Under the pieces are notes generated by a model, which saw nothing but the letters and a program-made list of their open reading frames with translations, searched no databases and was not told the origin of the DNA. Position numbers and translations under genes: made by a program. DNA of 62,800 nt, filler included, from Chiloscyllium plagiosum (lineage: Eukaryota): assembly GCF_004010195.1 (NCBI RefSeq). It is 3 parts of one record of this genome, joined end to end, with 100 filler letters (N's around TTAATTAATTAA, not from the genome) between each part and the next. Parts side by side here need not be neighbours in the genome. Positions count along the whole stretch, not along the records: positions 20,376 to 42,266 come from NC_057711.1; 2 more parts are not named here. One strand, written 5' to 3'. Below are positions 26,456-39,689 of the stretch, one piece after another. Positions within the stretch are counted from its first letter, which is position 1. Each line of letters begins with the position of its first letter.

Positions 26456-26769
26456 TTTTCTGAGTAACACTGCAGTTCCTCTTGTGTGTCGTTTACCAAA
26501 ATTGTTCACCCTGACTGCCTCTGAGTCTGTATGGCATGTAGCCTGCCTTTTCCTTTGCATCCAGATGTTAAAGTTTTCATTAGGGCTTGATCTGGGCCTC
26601 CTGACACCACAGCAATTTGTAGGAATTTGGGTTTGTGACAGGGACAATAATGTTTGATTGGAATAAGTTTCAACTCATCCAATATGAATGCTGGAGAAGA
26701 TAATTTACTGTAGTGTAACAAACAGATTATAAAATGGGACAAGTAGGCAACAGGAAATGGTTAAAAACA

Positions 26770-27215
26770 GAGCAGTGTCCAGCTCAATCGCCCTTTCATC
26801 TTGCACTATCTTTACTAACATGTTCTCAGCAGCCTGTAAAAGTCTACATTGTGCTCTGATAACTTAGGTGAAGTGGACAAGGTGAAAGTGGTTTTGATAA
26901 AGTAGAGCTCGATGTTGCCAGCATCTACATGAAAATTAATACTGTGCTTTTTTGGTGAGAAATAGGAGGAGCCAAGGATCAGTCCTTTAGGATACTAGAA
27001 ATAATGGTGCCAAGTGCAATGAGAAGCTGTAGTGATTGATAGCCTGAGTCTGATTAAATAGACAAGAGGAAGCAGCTGAAAACAGTCCCATTTAGCTGTA
27101 CAATAGTCAAGAAGGCTTTGGATGTGGATAGTATTGCAGATAGGACATGAAGGTTTACCTTGGTCATACTTACATAGTTGTCATTTGGGACTTTAATGAA
27201 ACTATAACTTACAAG
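26770..27215 (-). mobile_element. Old L2-like LINE RT fragment
   Basis: Reverse complement contains gtatcctaaaggactgatccttggctcctcctatttctc, a decayed VPQGSILGPLLF motif. Confidence 0.5.
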
Positions 27216-28598
27216 AATCTGATGCTGCTGTTTTATTGACATACATTTTTCTAAATTACATTTTATAATTTCTGAATTACCTGAGGCACATCTGCTGTTC
27301 ATAAACTGACTACTGTTTTCTTTCAGAGCCACAATGTTAGTCTGGGAAAGAATGACTCTAATGGTACAAAAACATTCTAAGATATGAATATTTCATTACA
27401 ACAACAATTTATACCAATTGAGTCCAACATAATAAAGTGATCCGTGGTCATTCTTACATTTCTTCTTGAATATCTGATCCTCTGCAAGTTCATCCAGTTA
27501 TAACACAATAGACAAATGACTCGAGGACACAAAAGAACAAAAAGACCATAAGCTAACTATATTTGATTTTACCTTTACAATTACCTGATAATCAAATAAG
27601 CAGTCAGTTAAAAAGTGATAACCTGAGGTGTGTCACCTTTTGGTGGCAGTTAGACTGAAAAAGTGAGCAACCCATGGGAAAAAAAGCATTCAGACTTTGT
27701 TTCCCTACAATTCCCCACAAAGCCTAAGGTGGCTGAAAAGATGAGAGGGCAAACAGAATTACTTATGAAAGATTAAATGGAGATGGTGAAGAACTTGCTG
27801 AAGGTCATTCTGGTGAAATTTATGCTGTTTGCACAGCAGATAATTCAAATGAGAAGCATACAAAGGTTAGGCTCCAAACTAACTCAGTTCCTATTGGCAG
27901 CCCATCTTAACTCCTGCTGGCAACCCTAAGAGTCATTTATAACTCATGCAAATTAATCCATTAATTTTTCATGCAAATTCATTTCTCAGGAGTGTTTGGA
28001 TTTGGTATCAAATTAGTTATTAATAACTTCTAATGCAATTGCATTAAATACCACACTTCCATTGAAAATGAAATTAATTAAAATTCAAGCCATAATCAAT
28101 CATGACCTATCCAAACTGCATCAATCATTTAAGAACATAGGCTCATTCAAAATCTATTAGCTTAGAATTAATTGGCAATTTAAGCAATTTTAAAGCAACC
28201 ATTAAGTAGTTGCTTTACTTATTCTTTTTATTATTTTCTTTAACTCCACCCTTCACTGTCCTTCACTTACACCAGGCCCAATGAAAATGCTTGAGGAACA
28301 GTGTGGTTAAAGTCAAAGAAGGGACCTGCTCATATCCACCTCAAATTCATCATGCATCATTTTTACAGATATGATCTCAGCAGCACACAAAAACCTCACC
28401 TCAGACAAACGAGGACCTCCTTCAAGTGCAAATATAATTCAGTCCCCAATTAGATTGCAATGCACTGTTGGGCAATCAGTGCCCAATGGCAGCATTATTA
28501 CAGAATCTTGGTGCCACAATGAGCAAGCCCAGAAGAGGACCAAGATGATAAATGATTTTCAAATGATTGTAGATCCTTTACTGAACCAGGCTTCTCTC

Positions 28599-28925
28599 TT
28601 TATCCAACCATGATCAGCACTGCTAGAAACAGCTGACCTCTGAAGCCTTTGCCCAACCATAAGGTACCTTTGGTCTTCAATGGCAGCCTGCCCTGCGAGC
28701 AGCATCATGATCACTCAGTGGCACACTGAAGCCCAAGTCATTTTAACTCCAGAGTCTCATTGTAATATCTCAGGACTACCCAAAACTGGTTGCAACGAGG
28801 TTGGGAGTGAGAAAATGGGAAATGGCATGGTGGCAGGCTGCCATTGAAGACCAAAGGTACCCTATGGTTGGGAAAGGGCTTCAGAGGTGGGCTGTTTCTA
28901 GCAGTGCTGATTATGGTTGGATAAA
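28599..28925. repeat. Inverted repeat, 94-bp arms, 139-bp spacer
   Basis: 28599-28692 versus reverse complement of 28832-28925: 88/94 identical, no indels. Confidence 0.95.
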
Positions 28926-29576
28926 TTGTCAAAAATGAGTAATGTTGTAGTGTAATGTACTGCAAGGGAAATTGTTGCACCAAGCTCTTCCACAGAGTCC
29001 CAAAATGTGAAAACCCCAACTTTGCCCATTCTTCCATTCCTTTTAGTACCTGACCTTTCGATATGGTAATGCCACCTTGCTACTTTACCAACCTCTGTCC
29101 ACATATGCTGCACACCTTCACAGGTTCCAGACTCAATTTCTTCAGTTCCTTCCTTTCCAGCCTTCCTTACCTCGACTTCAACTCTTCCAAAACCCATCTC
29201 CAAAGTTCTCTATAGTGCTACACCTGATTTGACCATTACCTGTGCTCTCTGAACTTTAATGATCACTTGTTCATAATCTGCTGAAAGGGAAGGGAACTAC
29301 AAACTCAGCTTTAAGTGAAATGCTATATGGAGATACGACAATGGAGGAGGAGGTTAGAGTCAATGGGAGAGGAAGTTTTAACACAAACTAAAAATGATGG
29401 CCTTGGTCAATGCAATTACCTTGAGGAATCTGGCTTGATAGCCAAGATAGTATCAGACAAGTAACTTGTAGGCAATTGCGCTCTGAACTTTGCTGCAATT
29501 TGGAAGGCCATTACCTGTTTTTTCTAATAACAATGAAGAAATATTTGGCAAAATTACAGATATCACATGTTTCTTG

Positions 29577-30191
29577 CTTTATGGACCAGACCAGACCCCC
29601 TCAAAATATTTCAAGAAGGTAGCCTAAACTCCAAAGTTTTCCTTTTCTTAGAGACAAATGTAAAGTGCCTGTCCAAGATGCAACGTGACTGGTCAAACTA
29701 CTCAACCTTAAGCAAAACACAATTTATTTATAACTGTGGTTAAAATGCAACCAAATAAAGAAGAAGTTAGAACAATTTTACTCTTATGGGAAAACTTAAC
29801 AGAGTAATAAATACTGTAACTATTACTAATTAACTGTTCCAATAGAGTAACATCCCATAAACATGTTTGGCAAAAAGGACACAGATTCTCACATGCAGTT
29901 TTCCTATCCAGGAGGAAAACACATCAAGAGAAAATTCAGAGAGAGTAGCAGCCAGGAGACATTCACTAATTCTCCAACTCTGCTGAGACTCTAACATCTT
30001 CTGCTCAAAGCTAAACCTAAAAACCCAGAAATCCTGATCTGTGAGAACTGGCCACACCCATTCAGGTTGTTTAAAAATAAACCCAAGGCCTCCCAAGCTA
30101 GTTCTGATAGACCACTCAGCACCTCTGCCTTACAACCTCTCTTCAAAAATAACCAGGATAAAATAGCTTCTTAAAGTCACCACATCGTCAC
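29577..30191 (-). mobile_element. Solo LTR related to 4345-4971
   Basis: Starts ttatggaccagaccagaccccctcaaaatatt (compare ttatggactaggccagaccactcaaaatatt), ends catcgtcaca, similar length; TSD not clear. Confidence 0.6.
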
Positions 30192-31299
30192 ACGTGTCTT
30201 GCAAAAATGTTGGTAACTGTATGCAAATAAGATAGGAAATCAAAATAGGAAATGTTATTTAACAATTGAAACAAAACTAAATGTCTTATCAACTATTACT
30301 CGGCAAGAGCCTCAGTGCTTAGGAGCCATGCGTTTTTATTTAATATAACATTGAACCCTGCTATATCCCAGCAAAAATAAGCACTGAACTAAGAATGCCT
30401 CCAGTTTAACAATGCTTTAATCAAGCTGGACCGTGAAATTACTGAGAAAACATTACTAATAAAAGGGTTTCCTTTAACATATTTTCCAATTGCATTTTTA
30501 AAGAGCTTTGTAATTCTCTTGTCCATTTTGACTCATATTACTCATGTTACAGTCCTCATCCAGTCAACAATAGTTTCATTAGCACTCTTAACAATCAGTG
30601 ATGTGCTTGAATCAAACGTTCTCAGCTAGAATGTTCTGTTTCCATGGTAACACTGTTTATTCTTTATGCGAGAAATGTTTTTAACAGAGTGTCTAGGTTT
30701 TTCCAGACAAATAAATATTACATGTTTTCTCCTTTATATCACAGGACCAGGGCATTCAGCTCAGTGCTGTTACATAATGGGAGGTTTGTTTTTTCACTTT
30801 TGTTTAAATAGTTTTGAGGATTCTTTCCCCCCCAAAGGATGTGAAAAGGGAAATAGAGAGACTGGCCTCTACAGCCAAACTGAGCATTAACTGGGATAAC
30901 AATTAAATGAGAAAAAGCAATTGTATCATAATTGCAAACACTAATTCTTCAATCAATAAAGTACATTGTCTATTCTGAAGGAAGCATAGTGAGCAAAAAT
31001 GTTCAGTTAAAATATATTTACAGAGTAACTGAGAAAGAGAGATATGGTTCTTACTCAAGAACACAACTCAAGTTGTAAAGTGAAGATTTTCGTTTGTTGC
31101 TTCCTCACCATAATGGCTTATATGCACTTGTCCCCTGTCTTCCCAGCGATGTTGGCCAATTTGATTTGGCAAGTGTTTCTGATATCACCCAGGCTTACTG
31201 CATTACCCTTGCTACACACAATCCAGGTCTTTTTCAATATATAATTCCAATTACATCACACTGTAAACTTTTCCTATAAATTATGTGTCTTATAATCTT

Positions 31300-31435
31300 A
31301 TACTCCACAACGACCTGATGAAGGAGCAGTGCTCCGAAAGCTAGTGCTTCCAATTAAACCTGTTGAACTATAACCTGGAGTTGTGTGATTTTTAACTTTG
31401 TACACCCCAGTCCAAAACCAGCATCTCCAAATCAT
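31300..31435 (+). mobile_element. PLE terminal repeat (family B)
   Basis: Hammerhead motif followed by gtgcttccaattaaacctgttgaactataacctggagttgtgtgatttttaac...gcatctcc. Confidence 0.7.
31311..31347 (+). ncRNA. Minimal type I hammerhead ribozyme motif, core intact
   Basis: ac CTGATGA A GGAGC agt GCTCC GAA AGCT A gt: full core, 5-bp stem II, palindromic AGCT, predicted cleavage after CUA (31343); stem I only 2 bp. Confidence 0.75.
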
Positions 31436-31489
31436 TACAAATTTCCTGATTTATACTCTGTCTAACATATGGGACCCCTATACTTCTTC

Positions 31490-31760
31490 TACTAGCATGT
31501 TCTGCCTCACACATCTCCTTTAAACTTTCCCCCATGATCTTATGTCCCCTACTTTTGTACATTTCCACCCTGGGAAAAAGACTCGGACTATTCATCCTAT
31601 CCATGCCTCTCATAATTTTATATACTTTTATCAGGTCGCCTGTCAACTTTCAATGCTGCAGTGAAAACAATCCAAATTTTTCCAACCTTTCCTTACTCCA
31701 AATATGGCCTAGCTAAAGTTTTACACAGCTACAATGTGGTTTGCCAACTAGCATGTTCTG
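31490..31760 (-). mobile_element. CR1 fragment
   Basis: ORF 31392-31646 GDLIKVYKIMRGMDR...SRGHK. Confidence 0.8.
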
Positions 31761-32089
31761 CTCTTTGTTATTTTATAGTTCCAATCCATCTTCCTGGGCT
31801 ATGTTCTTGTCTCACTACTCTCTATATCTTGGTTTTAATATCCATGATCCCTATAGATCCTCCAACCCTACCCCATTTTCCATTTTGCCTGGAATACTTA
31901 GTCATGCTATAATCACATATCAGTGATAGCTACCAGAACAAACACACTAACTTAATTATTTTCATCTTGTTTCGAAGGCTTATTACATTCAGATATATTA
32001 TATTTAATTTTAACTTTTTCCTTTTTCAGTAGCTGAATTTTCTCTACACTTTCTCATTAAACACTTCCATGTCAAGCGCATTTTGTAGG

Positions 32090-33690
32090 GGATATGGAGA
32101 AATGGTAGATGGAGTTTAATCCGAACAAGTGTGAGGTGATGCATTTTGGGAGGGAAAATGTAAGAGTATGCAATGTATATAGTCAATGGCAGAACCCTTC
32201 AGAGTGCTGATTACAGAGGGATCATGGGCACAAGACTATTGCTCCCCGCAAGTGCCAACGCAAGCGGATAAGGTGTAAAGAAGACATGTGGCACGCTTGT
32301 CTTTTCGTCGTTTGAGGCATTAAATATACATGTTGGCATGTCACATTGTAGCTGTGTAAAACTTTAGTTGGCCACATTTAGAGTGTTGTGTGCCATTCTG
32401 GTTGTTACACTATAGGAAGGATGTCGAGGCTTTGAAGAGGGTGAAAAAGAGGTTAATTAGTCAATTGAACCGTATTGACTATAAGGAAAGGTTGGAAAAA
32501 TTTGGATTGATTTCACTACAGCATCAGAGGCTGACAAGTGACCTGATAAAAGTATATAAAATTCCACATCCCCCACCTCCGCCCTCAGACCCCACCCCTC
32601 CAACCGTAACAAGGACAGAACCCCCCCTTGTGCTCACCTTCCACCCTACCAGCCTTCACATAAACCAAATCACCCGCCGACATTTCCGCCACCTCCAAAC
32701 AGACCCCACCACCAGGGATATATTTCCCTCCCTACCCCTTTCCACCTTCCGCAAAGACCATTCCCTCCGTGACTACCTGGTCAGGTCCACACCCCCCAAC
32801 AACCCACCCTCCCGTCCTGGCACCCTCCCCAGCCACCGCAGGAATTGTAAAACCTGCGCCCACACCTCCTCCCTCACCTTCATCCAAGACCCCAACGGAG
32901 CCTTCCACATCCATCAAAGTTTTACCTGCACATCCCCCAATATGATTTATTGTATCCGTTGCTCCCGATGCGGTCTCCTCTACATTGGGGAGACTGGNTG
33001 TGTACTTCACCAGTTTCCTCATTTCCCCTTCCCCCACCTCACCTCAGTTCCAAACTTCCAGCTCAGCACTGTCCCCATGACTTGTCCTACTTGCCTATCT
33101 TCTTTTCCACCTATCCACTCCACCCTCCTCTCTGACCTATCACCTTCATCCCCACCCACATTCACCTATTGTACTCTATGCTACTTTCTCCCCACCCCCA
33201 CCCTCCTCTCATTTATCTCTCCACCCTTCAGGCTCTCAGCCTGTATTCCTGATGAAGGGCTTTTGCCCAAAACGTCGATTTTCCTGCTCCTCGGATGCTG
33301 CCTAAACTGCTTTGCTTTTCCAGCACCACTCTAATCCAGAATCTGGTTTCCAGCATCTGCAGTCATTGTTTTTTTACCTGGATAGTCAGAGTCTTTTTCC
33401 CAGGATGGAAGTGTGCAAAACTAGGGGAAATAAGATCACAAAGGGGAAAGTTTAAAGGAGATGTGTGAGGCAAACTTTTTTTTACACAGAGGATGGTAGG
33501 TATCTGGAATGTGCTACCAAGGGAGGCAGTAGAAACAGATACAATATCAATAGGTAGGAGACACATGAGCAGGCAAGGAAATGGAGGGTGACAAACCTTA
33601 TGCAGAAGGGATGAGTTTATAATGGCATCATGGTAGGCACAGATAAGGTGGGCCGAAGGGACTGTTTCTGTGCTGTAGTGTTCTATTTTG
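32090..33690 (+). mobile_element. CR1-type LINE 3' part, interrupted by a PLE
   Basis: FNPNKCEVMHFG-type sequence, HYRKDVEALKRVKKR, DLIKVYKI; resumes at about 33380 and ends gggccgaagggactgtttctgtgctgta. Confidence 0.85.
32565..33378 (+). mobile_element. Penelope-like element 3' part (Cys motif, GIY-YIG, terminal repeat)
   Basis: PLVLTFHP, HRRNCKTC, NMIYCIRCSRCGLLYIGET; hammerhead motif at 33248-33278. Confidence 0.92.
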
Positions 33691-35094
33691 TAAAGGATTA
33701 ATTAACAGTAATTATTGGTTGGTGAACAAAAAAAGCATTGATTTTAAAACTTATTGGGATTATAAAATGCATTGCTCTTTCGGAGCACTCCCACTGAGTG
33801 TCCTGGCCACAGGCTCGGTATGATATCACGATCCAACCTCAAAAGACTTTCTTGTGCCTTATTTGCTCACTAATGTGGGAAAGAATGGGTTTGAACAGGG
33901 GCGAGGACCTGTGGTGTACCTTACCTTGAAAAGAGTTCACCTTTAAGAACTCCAGCTGCTGCGTGTATCTAACCTTGCGATTTGGTCTGGATTTCAGTCT
34001 GTTACGTGTTTGCAGGCCGCAAACAATAACCAATTGGTTTGCTGCAAAGCCTACTTTAGAAATTGTAATGTATTTTAAATAAACTAAACCAATGAATTAA
34101 TCATTCTCTGATGTACGATTATCATTAACATGACATGGTGAACAGCAGTTCAAAACAGTGTACTGATCTATTGTGCTTGGACAGTGGACAACCGCAATAA
34201 TCTATAGGTGAAACACATGGTTGAATGTCTTAAATTGTGCTGAAGCGAATGGGGCAACTTATTACTTCTTCATTCATTGGAATCAGAGAATGTAGAAAAC
34301 ACATCTTGCTGTTAAGCAAATAAATTCCTATCAAGAGGGTAGTTTAACTCACTTCAGAAAGGCAAGTGATTAGAATGTATGCTGGATTGATAGTAAGCAA
34401 GAGGAGGTCAAAGTCTTATTGGTCGAACGTCTACAAAATTTCCTGGTTTATACTGGGACATAACAGATCTCCTAAACACAATTGCAATGCTATAAATAGT
34501 ATTCAGAGTGATGGTTTCTAGTTTCAGGTGTGTCCAATGCAGAAAAGCAAGTCATTGAGATTTACTCAGCAAATGGCAATGAATGTCTTGATGAACAAAA
34601 TAATAAGTTCCAAAGAGATCATTCAGTGACTAATCCAAATAAAAACTTGGTTGTTGTGTGGTAGGGTGAACATATTCTAGAATAAAAACTGCAGTCTATG
34701 GATGAAAAACTTAACAACACAAACAGGAACGATACACAATAATCACAGCTGAATGTTGGATGTCAAATGCACATCCAGAAAAAGTCATGATCATGAGATC
34801 TGGACATATACATTGATACAAATTCAATTAAATAGTTAAGTTTTCTTTTGGAAAAGACAGGAATGTTGTGTGTACCTTGTCTTAAACACTAAAGGTCAAC
34901 AATGAATATTACAACAAGTTTCAAAGCTTTAAAGGCAAAGCAATGTCCTCAAAACTTTGAAGTCATTTATTATTGCATTCTTTCTTTTCTATATGAAGCT
35001 ACAGAAGAATGTTTTTAGTCTGAGAAACTTGGTCAGCATGGACAAGTTGGACCAAAGGGTTTCTGTCAGGTTTGTGTCTCAGATTCTTTCTTTC

Positions 35095-35465
35095 TCTTTA
35101 TTCTCTCATGGAATGTGACTGTCGCTGGCAAGGTCAAGATTTGCTGCTCATTGCTAGTTGTCCTTGAACTGAGGGCAGCAAGCAGCTATAAGTAATGTGG
35201 CTGTGAGTCTGGGGTCACTAGAAGGCCATCCAGATAAGGGCGGCAGATTTCCTACCCCAAATTACATTAGTGAATCAGATAGGCTTTTGAAACAATCAAC
35301 GATAGTTGTGACAACCATCATTGATGAGTTTAAGACTACATTGCAGATTTATTTATGGAATTTAAATTTCACCAGCTAAAGTGGTGGGATTTGAACCTTA
35401 GTCCACAGAATAGTAGTTTGTGCTGCTGGATTACAAGTCTTGGTGATGTTACAACTTTCCCCTGG
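35095..35465 (-). mobile_element. tRNA-derived SINE with LINE-like tail
   Basis: Reversed B box (gggatttgaacc) followed by aatttaaatttcaccagct-type body; related heads near 24050-24165 and 13160. Confidence 0.55.
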
Positions 35466-37916
35466 TGCTGGAAAGTCTATTTTGGTTGTTTGGACTTAAT
35501 TGGGTGCCATGAACCCCACTGTTTTGCTAAAAGAAAGTCAGTAACAAGCATACCTACCAGAATGACAGCTGCCCCTCAGTAATCTAACTCGAGTGGCAAC
35601 ATTAAAATGCTTCAAGGCAAGAATTCTGTTGCATAATCTGGGGCATCTGGTCAATCAGATGGGTCTCAGCTCTGTAGTTATGGCGCCATTTAGCAGGAGG
35701 GGTCTCAGTGCTGGGATGATCATCAGATCCATTGAGAAGAAGCCTACAGTTAAGGTAACTCTCGGCTACATGTGACCTAGCTGCCTGTCTCAGCAAGATG
35801 AGTGAGGGGTAGAGGGTAGGTTTCAGAGGCCAGAAGGGAGGGGAAAGGGAGAAGGAAGTCCTTGGGTGATGTCACTGATGGGCATAAGGGAGCTACAAAG
35901 GGCCATCTGATTGATTAACAGCTATCCAAGATGGGACACTTTGCGTAACACTCGGCTGAGCACTTAAGCCTGGTATATCTGCTTGCAGTAAGATACTGAT
36001 GAGGCGAGTGGGATGAAGAGCTTTTATGGGCATGGTGTGCCACCCAGTGCCTTCTGCCATCCCCAGAAAAGTAGAGACAAGTCAGAGACAGATGGACGTG
36101 CCACATGTTTTTTTACAAAGCTCACCACAATACTCTGCCACATGTGTACGTTGACATGGTTGTGTGGAATTTTTGGGCAAGGACTTAAATTAAACCCAAC
36201 AACGAGAGGTTCCCCAAACCTAAAGTGACACAGGAAGCCACCACCCACACAGAATCCTCTGCACAGCTGTGTTCCAATATAACAGCCATATTCATTTGGC
36301 TTGCTTCCCTTCTCACCAAAGGCTGTTGGTCCAGTTATAAGAAGAGGGATGTACTCAATACCTGAATCCACTAAAATCTACAAATTCTGATGGCATTGTT
36401 CCTTGGGCCGGGGCAAATAAAAGTAACAGCAGTACCAGACTCAAACAACATTTCAAATTTCAAATATATTGGTTTGATTAAAATGTTTACACAGTACAAG
36501 GAGTGTCACAGCTTTGTCCTGATAATTGAAAAACATTTATGATAACAGACATTTTAAAATCTGCCATTAAAAACTCATAAACTAGCCTCTGGATGTAATA
36601 TTTACATTCAAACTAGACAAGACCATTCTGCTTGGTGAAGGTGATCCCTATGGAGATTGCACCATGGAATGGCTGTCTCTTGAGCCTTTGTTATTTGAAA
36701 AAAATGCAATGGTTGGACAGTTTATTTCTGTTTGCAAAGGATAGGGATGTAAATGTGAATATGTGATGCTTCTAAACTCATGTAACTGGGTCACATAGCA
36801 AGCCCAACTGATACCGTCAAATTGGTTCACAGTGTAATTCTTGGCACAATCATGATTGTTTAATATGTGTTACCCAAATATAGAATCACATTTAATGCTG
36901 GATAGTATGTTCTGAGTCTTGGAAGTTGGGCACAGTCAGTACTCTGCTGGTTGTGAGGAACTGAAAAGATGTTCTGATTGATATGATCCACTGTTCATTG
37001 GGACTGAACACTTAGGTAGCTGACAGCAAACTGGAACTGAAATTCAAATGCCATTTAATTAACTTGAGTGGTGGGCTGATGTATATTTGACAGCATAATC
37101 CTGATGGTGAAGCCTACCATTGTTTTTACTGTATCATAGCAGCATGAAATTGAGATATTTCAGAGATCCTGGGTTGGATGCAGAAAGCAAACCATATTGC
37201 CCTTCACTTCAGAATTACATTAGCTATAATTCCTCATCACCAGCCAATAGTAAACTTTTGACCATGCTACTAACTTAATGCCAAATTATGGACACTTTTG
37301 TCTTAAGACATGGTCCAGTCAGACATGGACTGACATTGGCTATAGTACTGCCACATGGGATTCCAAACCAGCCAGCTCCATTGAGATTTCCATTCCTAAG
37401 TTTATGTTTGACATTTTTTTCTTCATCCTGTTATAATAGACCAGGATTAACAAGTACATGTTTTGCTTCACTTTTCCTTAGTTAATTTGTAAGAAGTAGA
37501 TCAATAATGATTTCAGGTTCACAAAACGTGCATACTGCAGTCTGCTTATTGGTTCAAAAAACAAACCTTGAAAAGAACTTTTAGTCAGGGTTCGAATAAC
37601 AAACATTGAAAACAGCTTTTAATCAGCCCGGATCATGAGGAAATGCGAAATGAGTACTGAGTATCTTTTGTGAGTGATTGGCAGCACTGCAATCCTAGCA
37701 CACACTCAGCCAATTGACAAGCACATTTCCTGTTTGAACTAGTGTTTAACAGATTGAGGTTCAGATGCTGTATTTCTTGTTTAACTCTTTTGGTACTGCA
37801 CTAGGACTTTCAGTTAGAAAGCCACTTGCAGATTAAGCTCTCTTTCCATGTCAGTATCACTATTTTCACTTTCTAAAATATTCTAGTGACATCACCCTCC
37901 GCTTACTTCTTAAGAG

Positions 37917-38255
37917 CGGCACAGTGGCCTAGTGGTAGCACTGCTGCCTCACAGCGCCAGGCATCCAGATTTGATCCCATCTTTGGGTGACTGACTGACT
38001 GTCTGGGGTTTGCACATTCTCCCATGTCTGTGTAGGCTTCCCCTGGCTATTCCAGTTTGCTCCCATAGTCCAAAGAGGTGCAGGTAAAGTGGATTGCTAA
38101 ATTGTCTCCTAGTATCCATGGATGTGCAAGCTGGGCAGATTATCCGTGTCAAATGTAGAGTTATGGGAAGGCAGTAATGGGCTGTGTTCAGTGGGTTACT
38201 TTTTAGAGGGCCGGTGCTGACTCAATGGGCCGAATAGGTACTGTCGGACTTCTTT
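37917..38255 (+). mobile_element. HE1/V-SINE
   Basis: ggcacagtggcctagtggtagcactgctgcctcacagcgccagg...gtttgcacattctccc...agtccaaagaggtgcagg. Confidence 0.85.
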
Positions 38256-38624
38256 AATTGTGTTCACATTGATGATCAGCATATGTCATGTAAATGGTCA
38301 ACATGTTGTACAAAATAGGACTTAAAAAATAAATGCACCCAACAAAAGTTAGGAATCTTAATGCAGTAAACCTTCCCAGACCAGGTATCGCTAAGTTTCA
38401 TAGACAGCAGCTCACCATCACCTTCTCAAAGTTAATCAGTGATGGAGAATAAATGCTGGCTTAGCTAATGATGCCACATCTCACGATTAAATAAAACAAA
38501 GTCAGATGCTGACTAAAATTCTTTCTGCTCTTTTCAACAATGTGCCTCCACCTCAGAAAACAACTGTACTGTGCAATTTGTTTTACTTATTCAGCAAAAA
38601 TATGTACATGTAAAAGATCTACTA

Positions 38625-38853
38625 CAGCTTGTTCTGCTATAATGCGCATTTCGTCAGCACCAATTGGCTATAACGTGATTGATGAATTGTGGATGTTGTT
38701 TGGATAACATGAACTTTCTACTGAACGGGTATAGCAACTTGCTATTAGCGACCTTCTACAGTGCGATTTTCTGTAGCGGTTTTCCATAGTATGATTTTGT
38801 GGAGCACGAGGTTACAGAGGAACATAACTGTCATGTTATAGCAGAACGACCTG
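38625..38853. mobile_element. Tc1/mariner (Tigger/pogo-like) MITE
   Basis: Terminal inverted repeats CAGCTTGTTCTGCTATAA and TTATAGCAGAACGACCTG, flanked by TA at 38623-38624 and 38854-38855; 229 bp, non-coding. Confidence 0.85.
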
Positions 38854-39689
38854 TAGTGCTTAATAGTTGAATATGCATGCCTCTACCGTTGGAAAATCTT
38901 AACATGCTTTATCATGGAGTAGATTGGCAGCCAAAGAAATAAACATATTAGAATGGTTGATTAAAAGCTCAGTCAGGAAGATGGGTTTTAAAAAGGTTCT
39001 TGATTTAGGAATGGGAGGGACAGAAATAAAGAGGTTAATTCAAGAATATGAAACCTGGATACCTGAAGCCACAACCACCAATGCTGGGACAAAAGGAATT
39101 GGGCATGTACAAGAAGCCAGACAGAGGGAAAGGAGAGTCTGCAGGGTATAGGAACCTAGAAACCAGGAATAGGAGTTGGCTTAATTACTGGTAGATTCTC
39201 TAGAGAGAAGACTGCTTTTGTTTGTTATAAATCTAAGACAGATTTCTCCACAGTGCCTACAACTTCACAGATTCTGATCAATTTTGTCTTCATTTCTCCA
39301 TATTGACATTTTACAACTAATCTGTAGATATCATTAATAAAATCATCTATTGATTCACTGAGTTTATGGACTCTTGAATTGAATTTTGTTCTTTTCAGAA
39401 TTGTATTAGTTCTAAGATTATATTAATCACTAGATGTGTTTAAAATGTCATCAAATTTGACTGATGCTTCATAAACTCAATGTCAAACAATGACATTGTC
39501 AGCTATGTTTCCGAAGGAATAGAGAAATGACAATGGAACTCTACTTCAGAAAGCAGTGGAAATGGAATCATTGAATATCTTGAAGGCAAAGGTGGATAGG
39601 TTCAAGTCTAATATGACTCCATAATACTTTGTTTGATCAATTATTTAAAACAAGTGCAATCTTCAGCTTCATTCTTGACTCTGCAGATA

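Noticed and set aside
32390..33334. 314-aa ORF resembling a CR1-GIY-YIG fusion protein
   Set aside because: Chance read-through from a decayed CR1 into an inserted PLE, with a frame change and an ambiguous base.
33839..34033. Minus-strand donor CAAG|GTAAG with a short ORF in CpG-containing unique sequence
   Set aside because: No homology or acceptor/promoter support that I can see.
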